Source: Saccharolobus solfataricus P2 (lineage in GTDB: Archaea; Thermoproteota; Thermoprotei_A; Sulfolobales; Sulfolobaceae). From it: a stretch of 64,000 nucleotides of DNA. Positions 31,998 through 41,859 of this stretch are shown in pieces. Location of the stretch: the NCBI RefSeq assembly GCF_000007005.1, contig NC_002754.1, one strand, 5' to 3'. A program made the position numbers and the translations under genes. Below the pieces are notes generated by a model. That model did not search any database and was not told the DNA's origin. It saw only the letters and a list, made by a program, of their open reading frames with translations. Each line of letters starts with the position of its first letter. The stretch's first letter is position 1.

Positions 31998-33068
31998 TTA
32001 AGAAAAGGCTAAACTAATTAGAGGCTCTGAAGGGCAATATTTTTCACCCTCCTTAATTATCCATGAGTGTTTTGTTAATTGTGTTAAATAGTTATAAATT
32101 TCTGAGTCAGATATTTCTATTCCCTCTTCCAATTCCAAAGCCCTCTTGACATCACTCCATTTACCGCATTTTGATAAGGTCCTCATTATATTTAAATACC
32201 TCTTTCTAGCGATTTCTCTGCCATGTAGAAAATTCTCAAATTCCTTTAAGATAAGCTTTTTAGCGTACTCCAATGTTTGATTTATTGCAAAATCTAAATT
32301 CTTATTATCTAAATAGATAAAACCAAAGTAGGTTAGCCAACCTGGTATTCCTCCAATTTTCTCATAAACGACTTCGTAATCCTTAAAATCAATATCTGCC
32401 TCTTGAAAACCTCTCCTCAAAAACTCTATAGCTTCTTCTCTAGAAAAGGGCTTTAATTCAACCGTTGAAAAGGCTCTCCCGAAAAGCGGACTTTCTGGAT
32501 CTTCAACTCTTAAGTAATCGTAAAGCAAACCCATCTCTGAACCACTCATAATAAATTTAATTCGCTTTAAATTATCATACGCATAAGCTAGTGCTGGTAA
32601 AAGATTAACTCCTCTTAACTTAACCAGCTCCTGAGCCTCATCAAGGACAATAATCACATTATCCTTTGATGCCTGCTCAAAGCTCTCCAATAAATTCGCA
32701 AAACTTAACCTATCCTTCCTATTCCAATTGAACTTAATTTCATTTCCCATTATCACAATCCCTTGAATGTTTTTTAGCGCCTTCAGTAATGAAGGAAGTC
32801 TTTTTACCAACTTGTTAATCTCCTTTTGAAGTTCAAGTAGGAAATCCTTATAGGAAATGTAATTTCTCTCTTCGAATTTTCTTAGATCCAGATAGATGTA
32901 AGGGAGATTTAACTCATTTATTCCTATCTTTATTATGGATGATTTCCCTGTTCTTCTCAATCCTAAAACTAAGGTTATTGGCGCCCTCAATCCTTTCAAC
33001 TTCTCAATTTCTTTTTCTCTATCAAAGAAATCTTTTCTGTTATCCTTAGGTGAAGTATCGAATAGCAC
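31998..33068 (-). CDS. Archaeal AAA+/STAND-like ATPase with C-terminal winged helix
   Basis: MLFDTSPK...FFDRE, Walker A GLRRTGKS, Walker B VLDEAQ, GGIPGWL. Confidence 0.88.
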   Translation of the reverse strand: MLFDTSPKDNRKDFFDREKEIEKLKGLRAPITLVLGLRRTGKSSIIKIGINELNLPYIYLDLRKFEERNYISYKDFLLELQKEINKLVKRLPSLLKALKNIQGIVIMGNEIKFNWNRKDRLSFANLLESFEQASKDNVIIVLDEAQELVKLRGVNLLPALAYAYDNLKRIKFIMSGSEMGLLYDYLRVEDPESPLFGRAFSTVELKPFSREEAIEFLRRGFQEADIDFKDYEVVYEKIGGIPGWLTYFGFIYLDNKNLDFAINQTLEYAKKLILKEFENFLHGREIARKRYLNIMRTLSKCGKWSDVKRALELEEGIEISDSEIYNYLTQLTKHSWIIKEGEKYCPSEPLISLAFS

Positions 33069-33103
33069 TTCTACCCCCAGAAGTAACTTCTACCCCCAGA
33101 AGT
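33067..33103. repeat. Tandem pair of 18-bp palindromic units ACTTCTACCCCCAGAAGT over the ATPase start codon
   Basis: Exact duplicate at 33067..33084 and 33086..33103; each unit is ACTTCT-N6-AGAAGT. Confidence 0.85.
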
Positions 33104-33292
33104 TAAAAAACTTCCCTCGACTTTTTTGGCTTTACCAGCAACTCGTTAAGTTGGTTAATCGGTTTCCCAGAAGATACTCGAATAGCATTTATAGGAAAAT
33201 CGTTACACTTTTACGTTACATTAAAAATATATAACGAATCTTTCCTGATTAGATGAGAAATGCTTATTGATAAGCTATAATATTAAGAAGTA

Positions 33293-34367
33293 CAGTTGTG
33301 TTTCACCAATTTTACTAGAAATGATGTAATTTCTATGGTAGGGGAAAATATCGAGTTATGGTTGTGAAAATCGGCTTATTTCAACATGATTATCAAAAAA
33401 TTTTTAGATTAAACGAGAAGCATGGTTAAAAAGGAGTTTGTATATAGAGGGTAATATCATCTGTTTAGCATTATCAAGCGGGGAGGGGAGGTCTAGGGAG
33501 GAGGTGAACAGGAAAGGGTTAAAGCGAGGGACTCCATGACTCCGTTATGCAAGTTTATGAAACGGGATTCAAAACGGAGTTGAAGTCCCTCGCTAGTTAT
33601 TTCATCGTCAATAATCTTAACGTTATCTCCCAAGAGTTGGACACGAGGATCGCGGACGCAGCTCCGTTCCTGTTGACAGGGAACAGGGAAAAGGAGTACT
33701 TGAAGGTCGTTAGGGAAGGAGAGAAGGTGATGAGTCAAGGGGAGAGGAGCTTCAAGTTCTACCCTCACGTGAAAGTTGAGGGAAAGACTACAATCGTTGC
33801 AGTGGACGAGACCGCGATAACCGTGGGAGAGAAGGAGTCGAGGAAGGTGGAAGGATTTCAACTCTACAACGGGAAGAGGAAGGGAGTTAAGTTGAGGTCC
33901 GTGGACTTGGTGTTCCCCTTGAGGTTGTCCCTCCTCGAGGAGATAGCTGACTTGAGAAGCGATACTCCCTCCCAGTTCCTGATGAGGGCCGTGAGCGAAG
34001 TTGCTCAGCACCTCAAGATAGACTACGTTGTTGCTGACGCGGGTTTCCTGAACTTGAAGGTAATCAAGGAGATGCCTGTGAAGACCGTGGTAGGAGGTAA
34101 GACCAACCTGAAGGGCTTCAAGGAACTCTCCAACGTCTCTCTAACCGAGAAGAAATGCGAGGTAAATGACAGGGTTTACGTTGCGTATAGGGTCCTGAAG
34201 TACAATGACCTTTACTACTATGAAGTGATATACGTCAAGGAGAAACCCAGGCACTTCATCTTCGTTACCAACTTCAATGGAGATCCCTACAAGCTAGCTG
34301 AGCTCTACAGGTTGAGATGGCAGAGCGAAGAGGGCTTCAAGGTCAGGAAGGCCAGGATAAGATACGT
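33293..34367 (+). mobile_element. Truncated ISC1439-like IS (transposase 33547 to about 34367)
   Basis: Left end CAGTTGTGTTTCACCAA; protein clearly homologous to 54932..55897; cut at KARIRYV by SM1. Confidence 0.85.
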
Positions 34368-34447
34368 TAGTGCTTTCAGAAAGTTTATGGCTTATAGGCA
34401 AAGGATATACCACTAGATCATAGTCTAAGAACTTTTCCAAAATACTA
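34368..34447 (+). mobile_element. SM1-type MITE (80 bp)
   Basis: Identical to 44621..44700; flanks GT and AC do not form a duplication. Confidence 0.9.
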
Positions 34448-35540
34448 ACGAATATAGGTGTGACACAAGGGTAGGGGTAATTGGAATAGACGTATCAAAA
34501 GAACACTTGGTAACAAGTAAGGGGAGGGTGAGGAAATTCACAAACAACGAGAAGGGCTACGAAGAAATACTAACCATGAAGCCAAACATCATCGTAATAG
34601 AACCCACAGGAGTATACTCAACAAGACCTTGCCAATACTTCAAAGAAAGAGGAGTGAAAGTCCTACTAGTCAGCCTTGTTATGGAAAGAAAAGGACGTAA
34701 GGGGAAAGAAAACAGATTTTTACGACGCAGAAAAACTTGAAAACATGGTAAATAAGGCTAGAGAATACGTTAACAACCCCTTAAAAGAATTAGTATCACT
34801 CTACCTCTTCATGAAGGATGTGCAAACGAAACAAGAGAACAGGTTAAGGAGAGCTCTCTTCCTCGTGAGCGACGAGGAGAAGTTGAGCGAGGAGAGATTG
34901 GAGAAGTTCTCTAAGGGAGACTTCTCTGACGTAAAACTGTATCAACTGGAATACACTGGTACAGTACTACGTGAGATTCAAGTCCTAGCGAGAACACTAC
35001 TTCAAACGCGAGAAGAGTTGAAGGAGGTGAGGAAAATGATAGAGGGTAATGTGCCTCAAGACCACGTGTTACTCACGATTCCCGGAATAGGGAAACTGGC
35101 AGCTGGGATTATAATTGGGATTGTGGGTGATATTAAGCGCTTCCCAAGACCTGAATCCTTCGTTGCTTATTGCGGTTTAGACCCGGTAGTTGAGAGGAGT
35201 GGTAGGATTGAGGTTAGAAAGGGTATCTCTAAGAGGGGTAACAAGTATTTGCGTAGCTTGTTTTATTTCCTCGCCGAGACTCAATATTCGCGTAACCCAA
35301 CTCTCCTTAAGTTCTACGAAGCTCACAAGGATAAACTGAAGGGTAGGAAACTGTACACTGCCTTAGCTAGGAAGTTGGCTAGGATAGTGTGGAGTGTTTG
35401 GTATAATAATAAGCCTTATGAGGTGAAGTGACCCTCCCCTAATCGCCACGCGGATTGAAAGAGTCCGCGTGGCAATAGTAGCTGATACTATGCTCAAAAT
35501 TTGACCGAAAGATTTATTACTGAACGCCCTCGCACATAAG
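34448..35540 (+). mobile_element. ISC1190-like IS110-family element, left end missing, recombinase frameshifted
   Basis: GIDVSK and IEPTG, then a frameshift into 34676..35431 (FYDAEKL, IPGIG, SGR...GNKYLR). Right-end hairpin GCCACGCGGA/TCCGCGTGGC at 35445..35473. Right boundary approximate. Confidence 0.8.
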
Positions 35541-35673
35541 CTTTTTCAGAGGCTGTTTTCATGTTCTAATTCATTGGCTGCATCTCGATCGAAACGATTA
35601 ATTGTGGAAATTTCTAGCCTAATTTAATTTTACTATATGATATCGAATAAGATGACTGCATGAGAACACTCCC
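35527..35673. repeat. About 148-bp MITE-like repeat (copy 1 of 2)
   Basis: Closely similar to 43235..43382; internal imperfect TIR GAGGCTGTTTTCATG / CATGAGAACACTCCC. Confidence 0.7.
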
Positions 35674-35794
35674 CAAATGATATTAGAACGTTTTCTAAGT
35701 GTAGTCAGCGATATTTAGCTTAGCGGGTACACTATGGACATACTCAAAGTAAAAAGCTAACATGAAGTAAATTGTCTGAGAGGCTACGCAGTTT

Positions 35795-36979
35795 TTATTG
35801 CTTAAACACATTCTTAAACACCCACAAGGCGAGGACAATATAACCAAGTAAGAGTTCTGAGACGACTATCACAACGTCCTTTTGTCCTACCAATAAATCC
35901 AGAAAAGACAACAAAATATTCCCCAAAGCACCGAAAATACTGCCTAAGGTCGCGAGTAGGCCGTTATAAGACGCAATAATTTCTTTAGGTAACTTCATCT
36001 GGAAAATAGGACTTGCAAATGAGCTGTAAAGGGTCAAGGAAAGCCAATAAAACACTATAAGGATTAAAGAAAACTGAGGCTGGACAAAAGCCAGAGAAAC
36101 CAAAAGTATCGCGGGGATAAGACCCCTGAAAAATATAAAGATATAATATAGATTATTTCTGTATTTTTCTACCTTAATTTTAGTAAAAATTAGAAGTGAA
36201 ATACTACTGTACGCGATTGTCATCGAGTAGTAGATCATGTAGTTGAGGACGAAATAGGACTGTGGAAAAAACACTAGAAAGGTCGGAAATAGACCGCCTA
36301 TAAAGTTTGCGAAAAGTGTATCTATGAGGAAGAACGTTATCGCCCGATCCTTTTTAAACGCTGAAATTGAAAGGGAGAAGAGGAGTTTAGCATTACCAGT
36401 GCCTTTAGGGTATTTAATCTTGAAAATTAAAGGAGTATGTATTAACAACATGAATAAGCCGAGGACTAAAAGCAGTGATCTTAAGCCGATTATGAAAAAG
36501 GTTAGGTACAAGAATACGATCGCCGAAGCCGTTCTTACAATGTTTACAGTAATCCACACCACTCTGTACTCTGATGCAGAATTTACCAAATTCCTTAATA
36601 CCTTTACGTGGTTTGTCCCCTTAAAAGAGTGTATGGTGACAATCACAGTATAAGCTAGGAAAATAAAACCTAGTTCAAAACGGTAAAGGAAATAAAATAG
36701 TAAAAAAGAAGTCCCGCTTAACAGTGAAAGTATTAGATCGTACCTCCTAGTGTTTACTATATAATCTGTTAGGAAACCTGATATACCGCTCAAATGCCCC
36801 AGAACGTAAGAAATGCTGAGTAAAGCTCCTACCAGTAACGGGTTTTTAGTCTGTAAGAAAAGGTAAGCCGGAAATACTGCCGAGATGATTATTACAGGCT
36901 GTAGAAAGTGCTGTAAAAGGTAAAACTTGACGTTAGTATTAGATAGTATTTTACTCGGCTTCGACTCCAACAACTTCAC
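35795..36979 (-). CDS. MFS-type exporter, coupled to the radical SAM gene
   Basis: 394 aa, about 12 hydrophobic segments, GFLTDYIVNTRR in motif-A position; start overlaps the rSAM 3' end. Confidence 0.75.
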   Translation of the reverse strand: MKLLESKPSKILSNTNVKFYLLQHFLQPVIIISAVFPAYLFLQTKNPLLVGALLSISYVLGHLSGISGFLTDYIVNTRRYDLILSLLSGTSFLLFYFLYRFELGFIFLAYTVIVTIHSFKGTNHVKVLRNLVNSASEYRVVWITVNIVRTASAIVFLYLTFFIIGLRSLLLVLGLFMLLIHTPLIFKIKYPKGTGNAKLLFSLSISAFKKDRAITFFLIDTLFANFIGGLFPTFLVFFPQSYFVLNYMIYYSMTIAYSSISLLIFTKIKVEKYRNNLYYIFIFFRGLIPAILLVSLAFVQPQFSLILIVFYWLSLTLYSSFASPIFQMKLPKEIIASYNGLLATLGSIFGALGNILLSFLDLLVGQKDVVIVVSELLLGYIVLALWVFKNVFKQ

Positions 36980-37970
36980 CTAACTCATGTAATCTAGGAC
37001 ACCCCCTACTCAACGGTGAAAGGATATATTTAGCCCATCTGTTGATTTTACTTTCATCAAGTACTATGCTTCCATCTTCTTCTATGTGGCCTACTGACTC
37101 ATCATCTATCATTACAGTTAGAGGACATTTAAATAATTTACCATCATTTCTTATAATTATAGAAAACGGATACAGCGCTTGACATAAATCATCCATCGCT
37201 GGAACACCATCAATTTGAAGTAACGTGTCTTTATCTGGAATATTCAAGCCTAGTTGCGTAGCATACATATATAATTCTTGAATTATTTCCATTCTTTTTT
37301 TAGGTTCTATGACTTTTAGGTTTTTATCGTTGTCCCCACCAGATCTAGTCACGGGGAAAAAAGTAAAGTAATATCTTCTATCTCTGCTAAAGTAATTCGA
37401 CGCTAAGTCTAAGAATTTCTTAATTGAGTCTAAATTATCTGGCATTACGTTTGATCTTATAAACATAAAGAAATTATCAGTTACATTTCTTGTTTGAATA
37501 AGATTTTCGAATATTTTATCAAACGTAGGCTTACCATTTAATAATGGTCTAAGCTTATCATGAGCATCTTTATAACCATCTATTGTCACCTGAAATATCT
37601 TTACACCTTTTTCTAATAAGATCTTGAATTTTACTATATCTAAGAGGTAACCATTAGTTATAATCTCACCAATTATATCCGTTTTATACGTTTTTCCTAT
37701 CGAATTAGTGAAATCCATAATATCTATAATAGTTTTAAAATCTAGTAACGGCTCTCCTCCATACCATCTGATGTGAACTTTTCTGAAAAAGCCAGTTTTA
37801 ATATTATTTTCTAAAAATAATTTTATTCTTTTTGTCATTTCTGATGTAGTTATCATATTTTTAATTTTATAATGGTCATTCTCGTAGCAGTACACACATC
37901 TAAAATTACACCAACTAGATGGAATGATAGTTATCGAAAAAATTTTCTTATCTTGTATTTTTCCTATCAT
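36951..37970 (-). CDS. Radical SAM enzyme with a reduced SPASM/Twitch-type C-terminus (339 aa from ATG 37970)
   Basis: CNFRCVYC, WYGGEPLL, ITNGYLL, QVTIDG; C-terminal CQA...NDGKLFKC and GCP; AGGTGA RBS upstream of ATG 37970. Confidence 0.9.
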   Translation of the reverse strand: MIGKIQDKKIFSITIIPSSWCNFRCVYCYENDHYKIKNMITTSEMTKRIKLFLENNIKTGFFRKVHIRWYGGEPLLDFKTIIDIMDFTNSIGKTYKTDIIGEIITNGYLLDIVKFKILLEKGVKIFQVTIDGYKDAHDKLRPLLNGKPTFDKIFENLIQTRNVTDNFFMFIRSNVMPDNLDSIKKFLDLASNYFSRDRRYYFTFFPVTRSGGDNDKNLKVIEPKKRMEIIQELYMYATQLGLNIPDKDTLLQIDGVPAMDDLCQALYPFSIIIRNDGKLFKCPLTVMIDDESVGHIEEDGSIVLDESKINRWAKYILSPLSRGCPRLHELGEVVGVEAE

Positions 37971-38032
37971 CCCACTCACCTAACTTACATATATGTATTA
38001 TTAGGTTTCGGAATTTCGAAATCTTGTATGTG

Positions 38033-38182
38033 TCAGCATGCACTATATAAATCTGAACCTCCTCCTGGCCCAGCTTCACACACTATTTCATTCGCTGCTC
38101 TTATTTCTGGATGGCGATATATTTCTTCATATATTGGCTCTATTTGTAGTACATTCTCCATAGATTTTATTCTTTTAGCCAT
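38033..38182 (-). CDS. Putative RiPP precursor peptide MAKRIKSMENVLQIEPIYEEIYRHPEIRAANEIVCEAGPGGGSDLYSAC (49 aa; or 42 aa from ATG 38161)
   Basis: Hand-translated; same strand, 62 nt upstream of the rSAM start; charged leader-like N-terminus and Cys/Gly-rich C-terminal core; TTAAATA box 31 nt before the second ATG. Confidence 0.7.
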   Translation of the reverse strand: MAKRIKSMENVLQIEPIYEEIYRHPEIRAANEIVCEAGPGGGSDLYSAC

Positions 38183-38449
38183 CGTTATTTAACTTAGAAT
38201 TCGTCCTTTTTATTTTTTACTATTATAATACCTTATATGTTTTTAGAAATAATAATGATATAAATTTTAAGTATCTTATATAAAGCTGGTTTATGATCTG
38301 ATAAAAATAAAAAAAAGTTTTTATCGTTTCCTATCTACTGTAATCAGGGCTATTCACGGATCCATCGCGATTTCAATTTGTTTCTCTAAATATAGTACTG
38401 CTTCTTAAGTAATACATAAATATTAAAGTATTTAGTAAGATTTTTACTT

Positions 38450-38548
38450 TAAATTTTAGCTAGTTGTCAGATAGTTATAAACTTTAATTGCTTAATTTCT
38501 ATAATATTTCGAAGTGGATTATTTCTGGAAATAGATTTTGGGTCTACC
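38450..38548 (-). mobile_element. Isolated ISH3-family IS end
   Basis: GATTTTGGGTCTACC ends at 38548; inner boundary approximate. Confidence 0.55.
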
Positions 38549-39125
38549 GATATACAACTGATAACGGGATTGAATGTATGAGGAGTACCTAGAGTAAAAT
38601 TCCTCTTTCGTTAGACCTACCCTCTCTAATGTCCTTTAACGAGGCAATTCCCATGGGATTTTTAACTTCCTCAAACACCTTATCGAAATCTATCTCTATG
38701 GATTGGCCTAACTTTTGAAGAATAATGTCCAATTTTTTATTAATCTCTTTCAGTAGTGATGTAATTTCTGAACTATCACTTTTCCCCTTCTCTTCTTCAG
38801 ACTGCTGCGCACTATTGGTGCTATTTCTTTCCTGAATACCTTTATCTAATAGTTGGATACTACTACCATTTGACCTTCTTATAACACTTATTATCCCTTC
38901 TTTTTCTAGCTCATTTAGTAGTTCCTCAGAAGCCCATTTAACTTTAGATCTCGCTATTTTTCCTCCATGATCCCTTAAATACTTAATTAGTTTCTCCTTA
39001 CTATTCACAATATAATAAATATAAATGGAGATTTTTAACTTAATGGGGTTTGCCTTTAGGAGACTAAGATGGCGAAAGTCCATTCTTGGAACTGCTATCT
39101 TCATTACCTTCATTTCAATTAACAC
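38549..39125 (-). pseudogene. Hypothetical winged-helix/coiled-coil protein, frameshifted near the C-terminus and cut by an IS end
   Basis: ORF 38589..39125. After ASLKDIRE an alternative frame continues VGLTKEEFYSRYSSYIQSRYQLYIG straight into the ISH3 terminus. Confidence 0.45.
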
Positions 39126-39132
39126 TACATGG

Positions 39133-39195
39133 AGTTAAGGGGGTGAAAGTCCACTTCCGTGAGAGATGAATAACCCCTTATAGAAACGTTTTTAC
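39133..39195 (+). mobile_element. IS200/IS605-type left-end remnant
   Basis: TTAAGGGGGTGAAAGTCCACTTCCGTGAGAGATGAATAACCCCTTAT; similar remnant at about 50090..50120. Confidence 0.5.
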
Positions 39196-39240
39196 ATAGT
39201 CTTTTTCATATTAGGCACTACATGCTCCGCCTCTAACAAA
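39196..39240 (+). repeat. Left arm of a 45-bp inverted repeat bracketing the IS110 element
   Basis: ATAGTCTTTTTCATATTAGGCACTACATGCTCCGCCTCTAACAAA matches the rc of 41860..41904 at 43 of 45 positions. Confidence 0.85.
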
Positions 39241-39273
39241 GTGACCGTAGCAGATCGGGATTCTCTGCCACCG

Positions 39274-40423
39274 TAGGAGATGCGAAGGGGGACTGGAAGG
39301 GATTATTAAACTTAGTGGGGAGATGCTGGAAAATGGACGTGCTTAGAACACTAAAAAGGAGGATCAGAAAGCTGATCGAAAAGAAGCCCAAGAACCTAAA
39401 CGAAACCAAAGCAAGAGGAATATTACTATACTTGAAATGAAAACTAAAAAATAGCCGAGATACTACAAGTACACTTGAGCACAGTTTACAGATGGATCAA
39501 CCAATTCGAGAAAGAAGGAGAGAAATGCCTATTCTACAAAGAGAGAAAAGGAAGAAACAAGAAGATAGACGAAAAGGAGATAAAAGTAGAAGAACTTCAA
39601 GGTAAAACCATATGGGAAGCAAAGGCTTATATAGAGGAGAAGTTTCACGTTAAATTAAGCTACGTAACAGCTTGGAGAATAGCTAGGAAAAGATTGAAAA
39701 TCCCCTACATATAACAAGAAGAGGCCCTTTAACGCAGATAACATCTTGAGGGATAGACTAAAGGGTGTTATTAAGAAGGGTGTTAAGGTGTTTTTCACGG
39801 ATGAGTCCGGTATTCATCACGATCCTTCCAGGAGATTGGGGTTGTATAATGTTCCCGTTGATTATCCCAGTAGGAAGCTTAATGTTCTCGCTTCTATTCC
39901 CTTGTTTGGCGGTGTTCCTTGTTTCATGTTCACCTATTCCAATGTTAATTCCGAGATCTTTGCTGAGTTTCTTCGCTTGTTTAGGAATTCCGGTCCTATT
40001 GTGTTGATCCTTGATAATGCTAAGTTTCACAAGAATGCTTATGTTTTCTCCGTTGCTTCTCAGCTCGGCATTATCTTGCTTTTCTTGCCTCCGTATTCTC
40101 CGGATTTAAACCCTATTGAGTTTGGAAGGACTTGAAGCGTTGGGTTAATACTTATTATAATCTTGAATACACTCTTGATTCGATGGAGGAGGAGTTCTAT
40201 TATTTGTTTTTGACGCGTGATTATACAAGCTATTGGGTTAATAAGTTTCGCGACGTGCTCGAGAAACTGGAGGAAGAGGTTAGTATGAAACAATTTTTAT
40301 CGATTCTCCTTTATTATTTGTTCTCAAGTTCTATCAAGTTTAATTCATTAACTATTCAGACTTATTCGAGTGTTCTTCTATATTTTGTATTGGGAAATAT
40401 TAATTTCTCCTTCGCATCTCCTA
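39274..40423 (+). mobile_element. IS630-family element (ISC1078-like, 1150 bp), frameshifted transposase, nested in the IS110 left end
   Basis: Perfect TIR TAGGAGATGCGAAGG / CCTTCGCATCTCCTA; CG duplicated on both sides; FFTDESG, LDNAKFH, PPYSPDLNPIE. Confidence 0.85.
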
Positions 40424-40509
40424 CGGGGAATTCACGCAAAACTAGAGAACGAGTAAAACCAAGTATTACAAGAGAAAAACAAATAAGCAAGGAAGGAGAA
40501 AAACAACAT

Positions 40510-40634
40510 AAGCCCAGTCGCAACATGGGGATAAAAACCCCAGCTAATAGGCTGGCTGTGAAGCCCCTAGAACGATCTAACAAGAGGGGACAAAACCCCG
40601 AGTAGGAGTGCGCAAGTAAATTTTTCTAGGGGCT
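40510..40634 (+). ncRNA. Candidate bridge/seek-RNA of the IS110 element (two stem-internal loop-hairpin modules)
   Basis: 11-bp stem AGCCCCTAGAA (40562) / TTCTAGGGGCT (40624) encloses GGGG-ACAAAA-CCCC. The upstream module AGCCCAG.../...CTGGCT encloses GGGG-ATAAAAA-CCCC. Confidence 0.55.
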
Positions 40635-41859
40635 GAAGGTAGTTAATATTATGCGAGAAAAACGTGGTATTATGATAGTAAAGAATATCTCGCATACACG
40701 AGCAATATTCTATCATGGAAAGTGAGATTAAGACAAGGGGTTTCGCAATAGACGTTTCAAGGGACAAGTTGACGGTAGCGAAAGCTGAACTTGTAATAAC
40801 GCAAGAGAAAAGGGAAGTAGAGGTCAACGAGGTGAGGGAATTCAAGTACGACAACGAGGGAATAGAAGAACTAATCAAATTCCTTGGCGAATATAAGGAA
40901 GGGATAATGGAGTCAACCGGACCGTACTTCTTCTACCTACACGAAGAACTAACAGAAAAGGGATATAAGGTAACATTAATAAATCCCTTACACTTGAAGG
41001 AAGTATTCGGAAAGAAGACCGACAAGCTAGACGCGCAAAGACTGGCAAAAGCCTTCATCCTGGGAGCAGTTAAGGGGTCATACATACCGACCGGGGAAAT
41101 AAGGGAATTGAGGGAGTTAACGAGGTATAGGGAGAGTTTGATGAGGAAGATAACACAAGTAAAGAACGAGATAAGGAAGTTTCTAGAAATGGCGGGATAC
41201 AAGATAGAGCCCTTTGATAAGAGGGGAATAGCGTTGCTGGAGAAGTTAAGTAGGGGAGAAGGGCTGAGCAAGGAGGAAAGGGACGAGTTGAAGGAGAAGT
41301 TAGGGAGAAGTTTGAATGATGCTGAGAAGCTAGCTTTGAAGCAGCTGGTAGACTTACTGAAGAGCTTGGAGGCTATGGTTAAGGAAGTTGAGGACATGAT
41401 AATTTCTAAGATTCCTCAGCCTGTGGTCGAGTTGAGCCGGGAGTTGGTTTGATCAGTGCTGCAACCATTTACGCTGAGTTCGGTGATGTTTCTCGTTTTT
41501 CCAGTTCTAAGGCTGCAAGGGCTTATGCTGGTTTTGCTCCCAGGACTAAGCAGAGTGGTGAGAGCGAGTCTCACTCTGGTATGGGTAATAAGTATTTGCG
41601 TAGGGCTTTTTTCTTGGTTGCTAGGGTTGCTAGGAAGTCTGAACGTTTTAAGGAGTATTACGATAGGCTTGTCTCCAAGTGGAAGAGTGCTACTAAACTT
41701 GTGCTCTTGGTGGGAAGCTTGCTTGTATTTGTTATCACGTTATAAAGGATGGTGTTTACAAGGGCGATGTTAAGAAGAGTTTTAGGGCACCTAGGGGGAA
41801 GGACGTTAACGTTCAAGATGTTGATGTGGGTGATGTGCTGGACTCGTTGTCCCAGTAGG

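Larger units (their letters stand above)
39241..41859 (+). mobile_element. IS110-family element (ISC1491/ISC1229-like) with long left non-coding end, interrupted by IS630; boundaries inferred
   Basis: DEDD recombinase fragments (AIDVS, MESTG, KTDKLDA, QSG...GNKYLR) at 40715..41858 with frameshifts; stop TAG at 41856..41858. Confidence 0.75.

Noticed and set aside
37872-38192. Tracked 106-aa plus-strand ORF
   Set aside because: It is antisense to the rSAM 5' end and the peptide ORF, has no recognisable motif, and the minus-strand operon reading is better supported.
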